NCBI GenBank assembly: GCA_041548485.1 | Contig: JBFESP010000004.1 | Coordinates: forward strand, 33,319-97,318 | Direction: 5' to 3' | Length of the DNA: 64,000 nucleotides | Source: Thermoplasmata archaeon | Lineage (GTDB): Archaea; Thermoplasmatota; Thermoplasmata; UBA10834 | Shown here: positions 20,057-34,756 of the stretch, one piece after another | Numbering within the stretch: the first letter of the stretch is position 1 | Layout of the letters: each line of letters begins with the position of its first letter | Made by a program: the position numbers and the translations under genes | Notes under the pieces: generated by a model | What the model saw: the letters and a program-made list of their open reading frames with translations, nothing else | Told to the model about the DNA's origin: nothing | The model's database searches: none

Positions 20057-20383
20057 TCAGGAGAAGTGCTTCTTCAGCACCGACTCTATGTTGGCTTTCG
20101 GGTGTGCGCCCGTGAGTCGCTCGACCTGCTGTCCATCCTTGAAGAATATCAGCGTCGGGATGCTGTGGATGCTCAGTGACATCGCGGTCTTCGGCGCCTG
20201 GTCAGTGTCGAGCTTGGCGAACACGACCTTTCCCTCGTAGTCCTTCGCGAGGGCCTCGAAAGTCGGCGCGACCATCTTGCACGGGCCACACCACGGCGCC
20301 CAACAATCAATCACAAGCTTCGGCGAACTCTTCACCGTTTTCTCGAAGTCCGCGTCTGATAAGTTGACAATGTTCTCGGACAA
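20057..20383 (-). CDS. trxA: Thioredoxin
   Basis: WCGPC active site, SIPT. Confidence 0.93.
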   Translation of the reverse strand: MSENIVNLSDADFEKTVKSSPKLVIDCWAPWCGPCKMVAPTFEALAKDYEGKVVFAKLDTDQAPKTAMSLSIHSIPTLIFFKDGQQVERLTGAHPKANIESVLKKHFS

Positions 20384-20470
20384 GGCAATCGCACCCCTGA
20401 CGGACCACTGGAGAAGACTGAATCATATTTTAGACTATCCCCGTTCTCGGACCTGCTGTCATGAGGGCGG

Positions 20471-21277
20471 TCACTTCTTCTTACGGACTGGCTTCTGCAG
20501 GAATGTGAGGAACGTGAACACGAACATGATTATGACCCCAACCGTCAGCACCGCCCCGATCGGGTTGCTCTCCTTACCGACGTAGACAGTCATGGTGTAG
20601 ACATTGTTCCCACTGCTGAATTCCACCAGGTCGTCCGCGTCGTCGAGCACCACCGTCACAGTGTGCTCCCCACTGCCGACATTGAGCCAGGTCCAGTTGT
20701 ATGTCAATTCCTTGCTCCCGCCGGCCGGTATGTCGAAGACCCGCTTCCCGAGGTATGTGTCATCGACATAGAACTTCGCTGTAACGTTCTTCGCCTCGAC
20801 CGAGCCCACGTTGTACACGGTGGCCCTTATGATGATCGGGTCCACGACCTTGATCTCGAAGTCTTTCACCTTGTCGACCTCGTCTCCGGTCGCAGGATCC
20901 TTCGAGGTGACATTGATCTTGACCTTGATCGTCTGGTCGGCTTCGCCCGGCATGGTCACATTGAACCTGAACACGCCACTGCTCGACGAGCCCGTGGACG
21001 GCGTCACAGATGAGCCAGTCTTATTGTCGGCCACTATCTCCGCCTTGTATGTGAAGTTGCCCCCGACATCCCCCGCCGGGCCGCCGCTCACCGTAAGAGT
21101 GCATGGGACCTTCTCTAGCTTCGCAGCGAACCCAGGTCCGTCGAATTGCAGCGAGAGGTCGCTGTATGCGCTAGCATTATGCGTGGATGGAACGACCAAG
21201 AACGCGGGGAGGGCGACCGTCAGGATCAGAACGATGGACGCGATGCCACACCATCCGTGACGGCTTCTGGTCGTCAC
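20471..21277 (-). CDS. Membrane-anchored CARDB (Ig-like) domain protein
   Basis: N-terminal hydrophobic signal, ATVYNVG...GEHTVTVVLD...VEFSSGNN CARDB pattern, C-terminal TM plus basic tail; overlaps aglB stop. Confidence 0.75.
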   Translation of the reverse strand: MTTRSRHGWCGIASIVLILTVALPAFLVVPSTHNASAYSDLSLQFDGPGFAAKLEKVPCTLTVSGGPAGDVGGNFTYKAEIVADNKTGSSVTPSTGSSSSGVFRFNVTMPGEADQTIKVKINVTSKDPATGDEVDKVKDFEIKVVDPIIIRATVYNVGSVEAKNVTAKFYVDDTYLGKRVFDIPAGGSKELTYNWTWLNVGSGEHTVTVVLDDADDLVEFSSGNNVYTMTVYVGKESNPIGAVLTVGVIIMFVFTFLTFLQKPVRKKK

Positions 21278-24200
21278 TGCTTCTCACCCCGCTTCTTCCT
21301 CAGGCCGCCGAGGCCCTTCCTGCGCCTCATGATGAGGAACATGCTCACGAGTCCGCCGATAGACAGGACGAGTCCGATGTTCACGTACAGGTTGGTGGCG
21401 TCGTAGTCGTACGAGATATCGTCGCGCTCGACCTCCAACCCCCCGGGACCGATGCTGACATCGGGAAGGAGTATCGGGACCGAGACGAGCGACGCCTGGC
21501 CAGGGTCATCGACCGACCAGACGCTCACCGTCGCCTCTGAGGTCGGGTCGGGGTCGGTCCTTATCGCCGTATATTCGACGTACAGGTCAATCGTCCCCTC
21601 CATCTCCAGGGTCATCTCCTCGACCGCGTCGTCGGAATCGAGATACGTCAGGCGGGCGTCCCATCCGTGCTCGTTGAGTACCGCGAGGTTGGATATCTCT
21701 ATCCCGAACACGGCCTCCGTGTTGCCTGAGTTGAGTACGGTGATCTTCGTCCTCGCCGTGCCCGAGGACACGGCGTCGCCCTCGTCGGAGACCGTGAAGT
21801 CCGCACTATACACCGGCTGGACCTTGACCACGAGCGGCAGGTCCGCCCTTGCGACCGAGGACGACAGCGACCTGACCAGAACCGGTACGGACGTGTTGCC
21901 CGCTGGTGCGGCGTCAAGGACCGTCACATGTGCGACGACCATGGCTGTGTTGCCGTTCGTGCCGAAATCGATGAACTGCGTCTCGGGGACGAACACGACC
22001 TCGAACTCAGTCCCCGCGTAGGAGCACGAGTAATCATCCCCTATGTTTCCCGTGTTCTCGATCGTGAAGGAATAAGTCACCGTCTCGCCCGGAGCTGCTG
22101 GAAGCGCCACCGACGCGTTCCATGAGGCTGCGACCGACCGTGTATTCTGTCGGTCTAGCGCTAGGTCGACATACGTGTCGTACGTGCCGACCTCGACCGG
22201 CGTCGTAGCGGAATACCCTATCGTCATTCCCGCCTCGGTCCTCTCGAACTCTGAGGAGAGGACATACGATCCGGACGGCACGAGCACGGAGAAGTAGCCC
22301 TGTGCGTCCGATAGGACTTCCGTCCTCGCATCGCCAGAGGATATCGCGACCGTCGATGCGAAGCCCGCATCCGATGCGGTCACCCTACCTGAGAGATACT
22401 TCCCCTCCGACAGGGTGACATCCATCACCCTGGGGCTGTTCCTTGCCAGGTCCACGGTCCCCAGGAACACGCGCTGATCCTGGAGACGCTTGACGAGGAT
22501 CGTGTACTCTCCTGGCTGCACCTGTGCGGAGAACCCTCCTGACGAATCAGTATACACTACAGCACCGAGACCGGCATTGGTGTTCGGCGTGAGCGTTATC
22601 TGCGCTCGAGTGGGCAGGCCGTCCGGTCCGAGGACCACGCCGCTGAAGGTCGTGTTATCGAGGCGCATCTCGAGATATGGTGTCAGAACGATGTCTGAGG
22701 ATGTCACGCTTACCAGCTCGGAGGCGACATACTCGACGTACAACGTTCGGCCGTCCACCGAGACGGTCTCCTCGAGGAGGAACGAGACCTCGTAGTCACC
22801 TGCTGGCACTTCCAGACTGAACGCTCCAGTCGTACTCGACACGGTCACGACCTGCGCGCCGCCTACAGCGGTCGCGGTGACCTCCACCGCCTCCGTGACG
22901 GGAGCGGAGCCGATGTGGGCGACGCCCGACACGTTGTGTGCCTTCGACAGAGTCATGTCGAACTGTCGGGAATCCGGTGACACATCAGCCTGCAGCACGC
23001 CGACGAAGAGTGATGCTCCCGTCGTGCCCGATGCATGGATATGATAGACTCCTGGCTGCACCCAAGCGGAGTACGAGTAAAGTGTGACCTCCGTCGTGAC
23101 GTTCTCCGGCCCGCTGATGGATACAGATATGTCGTCGGCCGCGCCGAACACATTCCCGTAGACCTCCACCCTCGTGATCGCGGAGATGTCCAAGTTGAGC
23201 GCCTCGCCCGACGGGGATATGACCTCCTCGGATTCGTGCTGAAGCCTCACGCCGGGTATGAGTCCGTAGTCCTGGTCGATCACGACCGTGTACTCGGACG
23301 GTGGCACGGACACGGTGAAATAACCACCAGCTCCGGTCTCGACCGTCACGGAGTCGAGGGAGAGCAGCTTCGGATGGAGGACGATCGGGATGCCTCGCAC
23401 TCCCACGCCATCGGCCGTCACCCGGCCGGTCACCGTCACCGGGTCTGGCACGGCCAACAACGTCAGGTTCTTCACCTCATCCCCGAGGAGTGTGGGGAAA
23501 TTCCAGGATGAATATCCTGGCTCGCCGAGTGACACGTAGATCCGGCTGCCCTCGGGGATCATCATCCTGTAGAGTGAGTCGTCTCCCGACCTGAAGTAGT
23601 AGGTTCGTCCGTAGGTGTCTGTGGCCCGCATCAGGGTGTAGGGGCTTGCCTCGTCCGCGCCCATCGAACCCGAACTGTCGCCATCCGTCCACAGATAGCC
23701 GGACGCAACCACCGCGTCCTCGGCGTAGAGCCTGAGGCCTGTGACGTCACTGTCGATCGTCATGCTGCCGGAGTACACTCCGTTCCCAGCGATAGCCCAG
23801 TACATGACATCGTAGTTCCCCGCCGGGAGACGACCCTCCATCTCCCCCAGGGTGTTGGTCATGAACGTGATCCTCGCGCCGTCGTCGGCGACGAATATCA
23901 CTGGCGTCTGTTTCACCAGGCTTCCGGAGGGCGTCCTGCAACTTATCTTGACCACGAATGACTGCTCGAGCGGGACCGTCCCTGAGGCACTGCTCTGGGA
24001 GTAGGTGTCGATCGATGCGAACCCTGCGTAATCAACATCGCCTGTCGGGTAGATCGAGTAGAGCGTCCAGTATCCTCTGGGCACCTCCACCTCGACCCAT
24101 CCGTACTTGTCGGTCAGTCCAGATAGACTGTCCGGCTGATAGTACACGTTGGTCAGGCTGTATGGAGCATACGGTACAGGGCTGCCGTCCAAGGTGACCC

Positions 24201-27200
24201 TGACCTTGATGGTCGTTCTCTCGAACACCGCATAGTCCTTCGTGATGACCCCGCCGCCCCTCGGCGCGACGATCGTCTCGAAGAGCATCCAGCCGGGGTC
24301 GTCCGTCTCAAGGGCATATGTGCCGGGGATGACCGCTGGGAACGAGAAGCCGCCCGTTGAGTTCGTTACCGTCGAGAGTTCGCAGGCCTTGTCGGTCATC
24401 CTGAGATGGACATCGACCCCCTCCAGCGGCGTTCCGTCAGGGGTGGTTATGTTTCCTATAACGGCTCCTGGCTCGACGGGAAGGTTCGCTACACTATCCG
24501 AGCCGGATGTGACATTGAATTCCTCGGACATCAGCATCTTGAGCCCTGTCAGCTCCGCGTAGACGGTGTACTGCCCCGGGGGCAGGGCGATGCTGAAGTA
24601 CCCTTCCGACAGCTCCGCGGAATGTTCGACGCCGTTGATGTTGTCCCTCGCGTAGACGGTACCTTCCTCGAACGGTTCATCGCTCGTGGTCGTGTAGTTG
24701 CCGTCGAGGTCGACGTCCCAGAACACATCCCCGTTGATCCCGCCGCTGGGCACCACGCAGTCCTTGCTGATTATGTAATCATACTCGCCGTCCATGTCCA
24801 GATCCTGCTTCACCCTCATCGACTGGTCGTCTGTGACATTGACCTCGAAGGCCCCCATCACTTTGCTGCCCTGCAGCTGTACATTGGCCGCGGGACCACC
24901 GGACGATACCACGAGCGAGAGGTTCCCGAACGGTGCCAGGATGGAATACATCCCATCGGCATCGGTGAGGGCCGTGTCGTGCGGGATCCCGTACTCGTCG
25001 AGGATCGTCACCCGCGCGCCCGAGACGACGGAGCCGTCTTCGGTCGTGACAGTGCCGTTCAGATACGCGCCGTGATAGTACTTCAGAAAGACAGTGCCGT
25101 AGTGATACAGAGACCTGGCGCTCACGTCGATCGTCCCATCCACCTCACCGGCCTGGATGCGCTCGGCCAGATTGAGCGCATCTTCGTAGCTGACCGCCTC
25201 CCACGCATCCTGGTGCTGCTGGACCAGATCGGACGGGTAAGGGTTGTAGTATGCCGTCCTGTAGACCACTCGGAAGTGAGTCATGTTCCAGCCAGGCATG
25301 GGCTGCTGAGAGCTGATTGCCCCCGAGTCACCCGGGAGCCCTGTGTTCGCGGTGCCGATGTCGGCGCCGCTGAATCCGCACATCGCCCTGTAGAACATGC
25401 TGTCGTAGAACATGTCCTTGTACTCGATCGTGTAGTCGACGACACGCGTATCCTGCGTTACCATGTCCAGGCTGACGGTGGCGCCCGATTCGGTGACGGC
25501 TTTGATCTCGAAGAAATCGATTGGGACGGAGCCGGTTACGCGTCTGTCCGAGAGCTTCGCAGGGGCATAGAATATGCCCGTGCTCATCGCCGAGTACGGG
25601 AACATTCTCGAGTCGACATTGAAGTAGCGTATCTCCCACCCTAGGAGCTCACACAGGTCGTCATAGAACGACACCAGAGGTTCGACGCCGATGATGGCAA
25701 GCGCCTCACGGCCGGCGACGATGCGCGCGTTTACATCGCTCATGTCGCTCGCCATAGGCCCATACAGATCAGGGTCGCCGAGCACCTCGTTGATGATATC
25801 CTCTCCGGGCCCTGTCAGGATGTGGCTCATCTGGCTGCTCGAGATGCCATATTCGTCGAACAGGTCGACGATGGCGGCCCTCTTGGCCTCGTCCGTGTTA
25901 TGCGCGTGCTGGAGCAGACGGAAGGCGAACAACGCGATCGTGTCCTCCTCAGTCTGCGCCATGATTGCGTTACCCGCCAGCTGATAACCGTTCTGGAAGT
26001 TGTCTGCGACGGTCGGATGCGCCCCCTCCTGAACGGCCTCGAAACCGTAGTCCCACCATGCGACATAGGCCGGGCGGCTGGTCTCCGGATAGATGTCCGC
26101 GTCTTGTCCAGCGAACCAGTCCCATGCAGCAGGATAATACTGGCTGGGCAGAGGCAGCGAGTATCCGAATGCGCCAAGGTACCAGTTAGAGCCGTTCTGC
26201 ACATCGTATCCGGCAGGCCGCATGAACTCGGGCAGACTGTTGTATATCTGCTTGTCGTATGAGCGCTTGGTCTCCGACGGAATCGCAGCATCCACGCTGA
26301 ACCACACGTTCGGTGTGACGATGAAGAATGCGAGAAACAGAACGCCCACGATGTGCCTGATCTTGATGCTCTTCCTGAACACCTGCCTGAACGACCCGCT
26401 CGCGTCCTTGAGTCCCTTCCTGACGCTGTTGAAGTCGAGCTTGTCCACGATCATAAGGAGGACCCAGCCGGCAGCGAGGGCGAATGCGGGGGCGGCGTTG
26501 AACATGAACCGGCCCGCGGATATCGCCATGAATATGGCCGCCGAGAGCCAGGCCACGATGAATATGTATCCTGCCGACGTCTGCTTGGGTATCTTCAGCA
26601 GGGCATAGATGAGGCCTATGAGCGAGAGGAAGAACGTGACCATGCCGAACGACATCGCCAGCTCGCTGAACTGCGGCGCACGGGCCTCGGCGATGGTCGA
26701 GTACAGCTTGTTCTGGACGAAATACCCCTGGCCTGAGATGATGGCCTCGCCGAGCTCGGGGTAGACGGCCATGATGCCCAGCACGCCGACCACTAGTATC
26801 ATGCCGATCGCGGGAAGAGACATCGTCCACGGGTAGTCCCTCGAAATCACGAACAGAAGCGCGAAGAACGACGCCGCTACGAACAGGTATACGGGCACGT
26901 CGAACCGGACCGAGACCAGTGACTGCTCGAAGTAGACCGGGAAGGAGAGCAGGAATCCGAAGGCCATGCAGATCATGACCAGGATGGTCGCGCTGGTCGA
27001 GTCGATGTCCTTGAAGCGATTGAGGAGTATCTGGAGCAGGAGATAAGCCAGGATGAGCACCGCGACATAGGCGAACCCCACCCACGCCATGATGACGCAT
27101 GCGAACGCGGTCCCTGCCAGGAGCGAGTACAGGATCGATGTCTTGCTCTGTGAGAAATAGGCCTGCATGCCGGCCTTGATGCTCGCGAGGCTCCTCCAGC

Positions 27201-27861
27201 TCTCGACCCAACGTATGTGCTGCTGCGATTTGATCGATTTGAGCAGGAAGTAGAACGTGAGGACTATGAAGAACAATATGAAAGCGTCGTGGTCCGCGTT
27301 GGAGAGAACGCTACGCTGCACGTGGGTGGGCATGACCGCGAGCAGGAACGCCGATATCAGACCTGCTCTCTTCCCAAAGGTCTCCCTGCCCAGCATATAG
27401 ACTGGCACTACGGTCAACGCGCCCCAGAAGGCCGTCGACCACACGAACATGAACCCTATGGAGTCGCTGACTGACTCGAACATGTCCGCTGCGACGATCG
27501 CTGGCAGGGCCACGGACATGCTGTAGAACGGCGGTCTGGGGTTCCTCAGGCCCTCCGGGAAGTTGATCAGGGGGTCCCAATACAGGGAATCGCCTGTCTC
27601 GACATGGTAATCGATGAGTCTATACCAGTAGTACGAGTCCGACCCCCCGGAGACGATGTAGTCATTGTCCGCGGAGAGGTCGTAGGCGAAGTACGAACGG
27701 AGGACCAGGGCGAGAAGGAATATGAGGACGAGCATAGCTAGGACTGACCAATTCGCCCTGGACCATCTGCCGAATCCGGTAGGCGCTTCCCCCCCGCGGA
27801 AAACCCTGGATAGAAGCGGCCTAGGAGGATCACCCTTTGTCTCAGCCAACGACTCTTCCAC
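21274..27861 (-). CDS. aglB: Oligosaccharyltransferase AglB/STT3 fused to a long array of beta-sandwich (carboxypeptidase-regulatory-like) domains and C-terminal TM anchor
   Basis: DSYY, DHD, TIAEA and WWDYG motifs in a polytopic N-terminal part; about 1250 aa of repeated G-x-V-T..G...T...G.F/Y beta domains. Confidence 0.9.
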   Translation of the reverse strand: MEESLAETKGDPPRPLLSRVFRGGEAPTGFGRWSRANWSVLAMLVLIFLLALVLRSYFAYDLSADNDYIVSGGSDSYYWYRLIDYHVETGDSLYWDPLINFPEGLRNPRPPFYSMSVALPAIVAADMFESVSDSIGFMFVWSTAFWGALTVVPVYMLGRETFGKRAGLISAFLLAVMPTHVQRSVLSNADHDAFILFFIVLTFYFLLKSIKSQQHIRWVESWRSLASIKAGMQAYFSQSKTSILYSLLAGTAFACVIMAWVGFAYVAVLILAYLLLQILLNRFKDIDSTSATILVMICMAFGFLLSFPVYFEQSLVSVRFDVPVYLFVAASFFALLFVISRDYPWTMSLPAIGMILVVGVLGIMAVYPELGEAIISGQGYFVQNKLYSTIAEARAPQFSELAMSFGMVTFFLSLIGLIYALLKIPKQTSAGYIFIVAWLSAAIFMAISAGRFMFNAAPAFALAAGWVLLMIVDKLDFNSVRKGLKDASGSFRQVFRKSIKIRHIVGVLFLAFFIVTPNVWFSVDAAIPSETKRSYDKQIYNSLPEFMRPAGYDVQNGSNWYLGAFGYSLPLPSQYYPAAWDWFAGQDADIYPETSRPAYVAWWDYGFEAVQEGAHPTVADNFQNGYQLAGNAIMAQTEEDTIALFAFRLLQHAHNTDEAKRAAIVDLFDEYGISSSQMSHILTGPGEDIINEVLGDPDLYGPMASDMSDVNARIVAGREALAIIGVEPLVSFYDDLCELLGWEIRYFNVDSRMFPYSAMSTGIFYAPAKLSDRRVTGSVPIDFFEIKAVTESGATVSLDMVTQDTRVVDYTIEYKDMFYDSMFYRAMCGFSGADIGTANTGLPGDSGAISSQQPMPGWNMTHFRVVYRTAYYNPYPSDLVQQHQDAWEAVSYEDALNLAERIQAGEVDGTIDVSARSLYHYGTVFLKYYHGAYLNGTVTTEDGSVVSGARVTILDEYGIPHDTALTDADGMYSILAPFGNLSLVVSSGGPAANVQLQGSKVMGAFEVNVTDDQSMRVKQDLDMDGEYDYIISKDCVVPSGGINGDVFWDVDLDGNYTTTSDEPFEEGTVYARDNINGVEHSAELSEGYFSIALPPGQYTVYAELTGLKMLMSEEFNVTSGSDSVANLPVEPGAVIGNITTPDGTPLEGVDVHLRMTDKACELSTVTNSTGGFSFPAVIPGTYALETDDPGWMLFETIVAPRGGGVITKDYAVFERTTIKVRVTLDGSPVPYAPYSLTNVYYQPDSLSGLTDKYGWVEVEVPRGYWTLYSIYPTGDVDYAGFASIDTYSQSSASGTVPLEQSFVVKISCRTPSGSLVKQTPVIFVADDGARITFMTNTLGEMEGRLPAGNYDVMYWAIAGNGVYSGSMTIDSDVTGLRLYAEDAVVASGYLWTDGDSSGSMGADEASPYTLMRATDTYGRTYYFRSGDDSLYRMMIPEGSRIYVSLGEPGYSSWNFPTLLGDEVKNLTLLAVPDPVTVTGRVTADGVGVRGIPIVLHPKLLSLDSVTVETGAGGYFTVSVPPSEYTVVIDQDYGLIPGVRLQHESEEVISPSGEALNLDISAITRVEVYGNVFGAADDISVSISGPENVTTEVTLYSYSAWVQPGVYHIHASGTTGASLFVGVLQADVSPDSRQFDMTLSKAHNVSGVAHIGSAPVTEAVEVTATAVGGAQVVTVSSTTGAFSLEVPAGDYEVSFLLEETVSVDGRTLYVEYVASELVSVTSSDIVLTPYLEMRLDNTTFSGVVLGPDGLPTRAQITLTPNTNAGLGAVVYTDSSGGFSAQVQPGEYTILVKRLQDQRVFLGTVDLARNSPRVMDVTLSEGKYLSGRVTASDAGFASTVAISSGDARTEVLSDAQGYFSVLVPSGSYVLSSEFERTEAGMTIGYSATTPVEVGTYDTYVDLALDRQNTRSVAASWNASVALPAAPGETVTYSFTIENTGNIGDDYSCSYAGTEFEVVFVPETQFIDFGTNGNTAMVVAHVTVLDAAPAGNTSVPVLVRSLSSSVARADLPLVVKVQPVYSADFTVSDEGDAVSSGTARTKITVLNSGNTEAVFGIEISNLAVLNEHGWDARLTYLDSDDAVEEMTLEMEGTIDLYVEYTAIRTDPDPTSEATVSVWSVDDPGQASLVSVPILLPDVSIGPGGLEVERDDISYDYDATNLYVNIGLVLSIGGLVSMFLIMRRRKGLGGLRKKRGEKQ

Positions 27862-27999
27862 CTAGCGATAGTAGCCCACCGATACCGAGAGGGCTATATA
27901 TACGTTATCGGAAAGAGGAGGCGCGGACCGAATGCCCAGATTGTACATCTGGCATACCCTCCGGAGGAGTGCCGTTAGCCTCCCCGTCCGACAACGCAC

Positions 28000-28656
28000 T
28001 CAGAGGGCGGCCTGAGCCTCTTCGGACAGCATTCTTGCAGCCTCGCGCGGGTCCTCGGCCTGATAAATCGCTCGACCGACTATGACGTAGGTCGCACCAG
28101 CTCTCAACGCATCGGATGCTTTCCCGCCCTGTGCACCAACGCCCGGGCTTATGATCTCGAGGGCGCCGATTACGCTCTTAAGCTCGGCCACGCGCCCAGG
28201 CCGGGTCGCGGGAGCGACTATACCTCTCGCGCCGACGCCCCTGGCCAGGAGTGCCAGCTGCTCGGCCACCGACGAGGTGAACTGCATCCCCCCGGGGTGG
28301 CTCATCTCCGTCACCACATAGGCCTGACCTTCCGCTGCATCGACACATGCCCTGACCGAATCCTCGCCGGTGAAACCGTGGCATATCACAGCCTCGGCGC
28401 CGCGAGCCATGGTCTGCTCGACGATCAGTCGGTTGGTGTTCGGTATGTCGGCGATCTTCATGTCGCAGACCACGGGGCTGAACCCGGCAATCTCGGCTAT
28501 GATGTCAGGGCCGGCTCCGAGTATCAACGGCCAGTTTATCTTGACCGCGTCGACGTGATCGCACACCGCCTCCGCGACGCGAATCGCTTCCTCCCTGGAC
28601 GTTACATCCAGTGCCAGGATCACGCCATTTCTCCTCTCCATGGTGTAACGCATCAT
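28000..28656 (-). CDS. pyrF: Orotidine-5'-phosphate decarboxylase
   Basis: ILALD, DMKIADIPNT, EMSHPG, PGVGAQGG, IVGRAI. Confidence 0.96.
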   Translation of the reverse strand: MMRYTMERRNGVILALDVTSREEAIRVAEAVCDHVDAVKINWPLILGAGPDIIAEIAGFSPVVCDMKIADIPNTNRLIVEQTMARGAEAVICHGFTGEDSVRACVDAAEGQAYVVTEMSHPGGMQFTSSVAEQLALLARGVGARGIVAPATRPGRVAELKSVIGALEIISPGVGAQGGKASDALRAGATYVIVGRAIYQAEDPREAARMLSEEAQAAL

Positions 28657-28731
28657 CAGAGGAGGTTCTTAGCCTTTTGCGTCGGGTCCGCGAACGACGG
28701 TTTATTATCGTCCCACGGATACTGCTCGGAC

Positions 28732-29811
28732 GTGACTCGCATCTCCAGGATGAAGAAGGGGGCGGCTTGCACCGGGCGGCTGCCTGACGGGTGCGTCCTT
28801 TGTGAGAAGGGAGCTAAGCTCGTGCTCCTAGTCACTGGCAGATGTGCCCGAAGGTGCTTCTACTGCCCTCTCTCGCACCAGAAGAAGGGGAAGGATGTCT
28901 TCTTCGCGAACGAGATGAGGGTCGAGCGCGCGTCACAGGCGGTGAAGGAGGCGATGCTGATGGACGCCTTGGGAACTGGCATCACAGGCGGCGATCCTCT
29001 GATGAGCCTCGACCGGACGGTCAACGCCATCAGGACGCTGAGAAAGGCTTTCGGGAAGGACCACCACATCCACCTCTACACCTCCACCGCGGACCCTAGA
29101 CCTGTAAGGCGGGTCGCGAGGGCCGGCCTGGATGAGATCAGGTTCCACCCGCCGGCCAACATGTGGAAGAGGCTAACCCGGTCTGGATTCGCGGACGCAA
29201 TCGGTGTGGCCAGGAAGTACGGCATGTCGGTCGGGCTCGAGGTGCCCGCCATACCCGGACACGAGAACGGTCTCAGGGCGGTCGTCGCCTTCGCGGATGA
29301 AGAGGGATTGGACTTCGTCAACCTGAACGAGCTGGAGTTCTCCGAGACCAACTGGCGGTCGCTGACCAGGCTCGGGATGGGCACGAGAGACGGCATATCA
29401 TCCGGCGTCGCTGGCAGCGAAGATATCGCCATGGGGTTCCTGCGAGAGGAGCATCCGACGCCACTGCATTACTGCTCCTCCGCGTTCAAGGATGGCGTCC
29501 AGCTGAGAAGGAGAATCACTCGCAGGGGACGGAACGTATGCAGGCCGCATGAGGTGCTCACGAAGGACGGCACGCTCCTGAAAGGGGTTGTCGAGACGGA
29601 CAGGCCAGTGCAGGTCCTGCGCATGCTGGCCCGCGATTACGGGGTGCCACCCGAGCTGCTATGGCGCGACAAGGAGAAGGCTCGACTGGAGGTCGCCCCA
29701 TGGGTGCTCGAGGAGATCGCGAACGAGCTGGAGTTGGAGACATTCCTGGTGGAAGAGTATCCGACGGCCGACAGACTGGAGGTCGAGAGGATGCCGCTCA
29801 GGCGACGCTGA
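28732..29811 (+). CDS. Radical SAM protein (uncharacterised archaeal family)
   Basis: CARRCFYC (CX3CX2C), ITGGDP, HIHLYT, GLDEIRFHP; start moved to GTG 28732 to avoid overlap with pyrF. Confidence 0.85.
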   Translation: MTRISRMKKGAACTGRLPDGCVLCEKGAKLVLLVTGRCARRCFYCPLSHQKKGKDVFFANEMRVERASQAVKEAMLMDALGTGITGGDPLMSLDRTVNAIRTLRKAFGKDHHIHLYTSTADPRPVRRVARAGLDEIRFHPPANMWKRLTRSGFADAIGVARKYGMSVGLEVPAIPGHENGLRAVVAFADEEGLDFVNLNELEFSETNWRSLTRLGMGTRDGISSGVAGSEDIAMGFLREEHPTPLHYCSSAFKDGVQLRRRITRRGRNVCRPHEVLTKDGTLLKGVVETDRPVQVLRMLARDYGVPPELLWRDKEKARLEVAPWVLEEIANELELETFLVEEYPTADRLEVERMPLRRR

Positions 29812-30223
29812 TGCTCTGCACGTTGTGATGCCTGCTGACCACTTCGCGCGCAATCCTCAGGTTCTTACCGCTCTTGCCGATCGCCTTCCCCTTGAGCGTG
29901 GGGTCGACCGTCACGGTCGCGTGCACGATGTTCCCGCGCGACTCGAGGGACACGGATTGCACGCTGTACGTGTGGAACACGTTACGTATGAAAGTCTCGG
30001 GGTCGTCCGAGTACTCGATGACGTGTATGTTCTTGCCCGTGAGGTTCTTGAGGCGGATGACGTTCTCGCCTTTCTTTCCCACGGCCCTGCTACCCTGTCC
30101 CTTCTCGACGACGAACACTAGCTTCTCCTCGGTCTCCATACAGTCCTTGACCTGCGTGTTCGTGATCTTCTCGAAAAGAGATATGTACCGGAGGGTGTCC
30201 CCCGTAAAGGTGATGTCGCCCAT
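29798..30223 (-). CDS. nusA: Archaeal NusA-like (two KH domains)
   Basis: AVGKKGEN and AIGKSGKN GxxG loops; canonical position after rpl30e. Confidence 0.93.
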   Translation of the reverse strand: MGDITFTGDTLRYISLFEKITNTQVKDCMETEEKLVFVVEKGQGSRAVGKKGENVIRLKNLTGKNIHVIEYSDDPETFIRNVFHTYSVQSVSLESRGNIVHATVTVDPTLKGKAIGKSGKNLRIAREVVSRHHNVQSISVA

Positions 30224-30238
30224 ACGACCACTCGTTCA

Positions 30239-34752
<4,514 letters not shown>

Positions 34753-34756
<4 letters not shown>

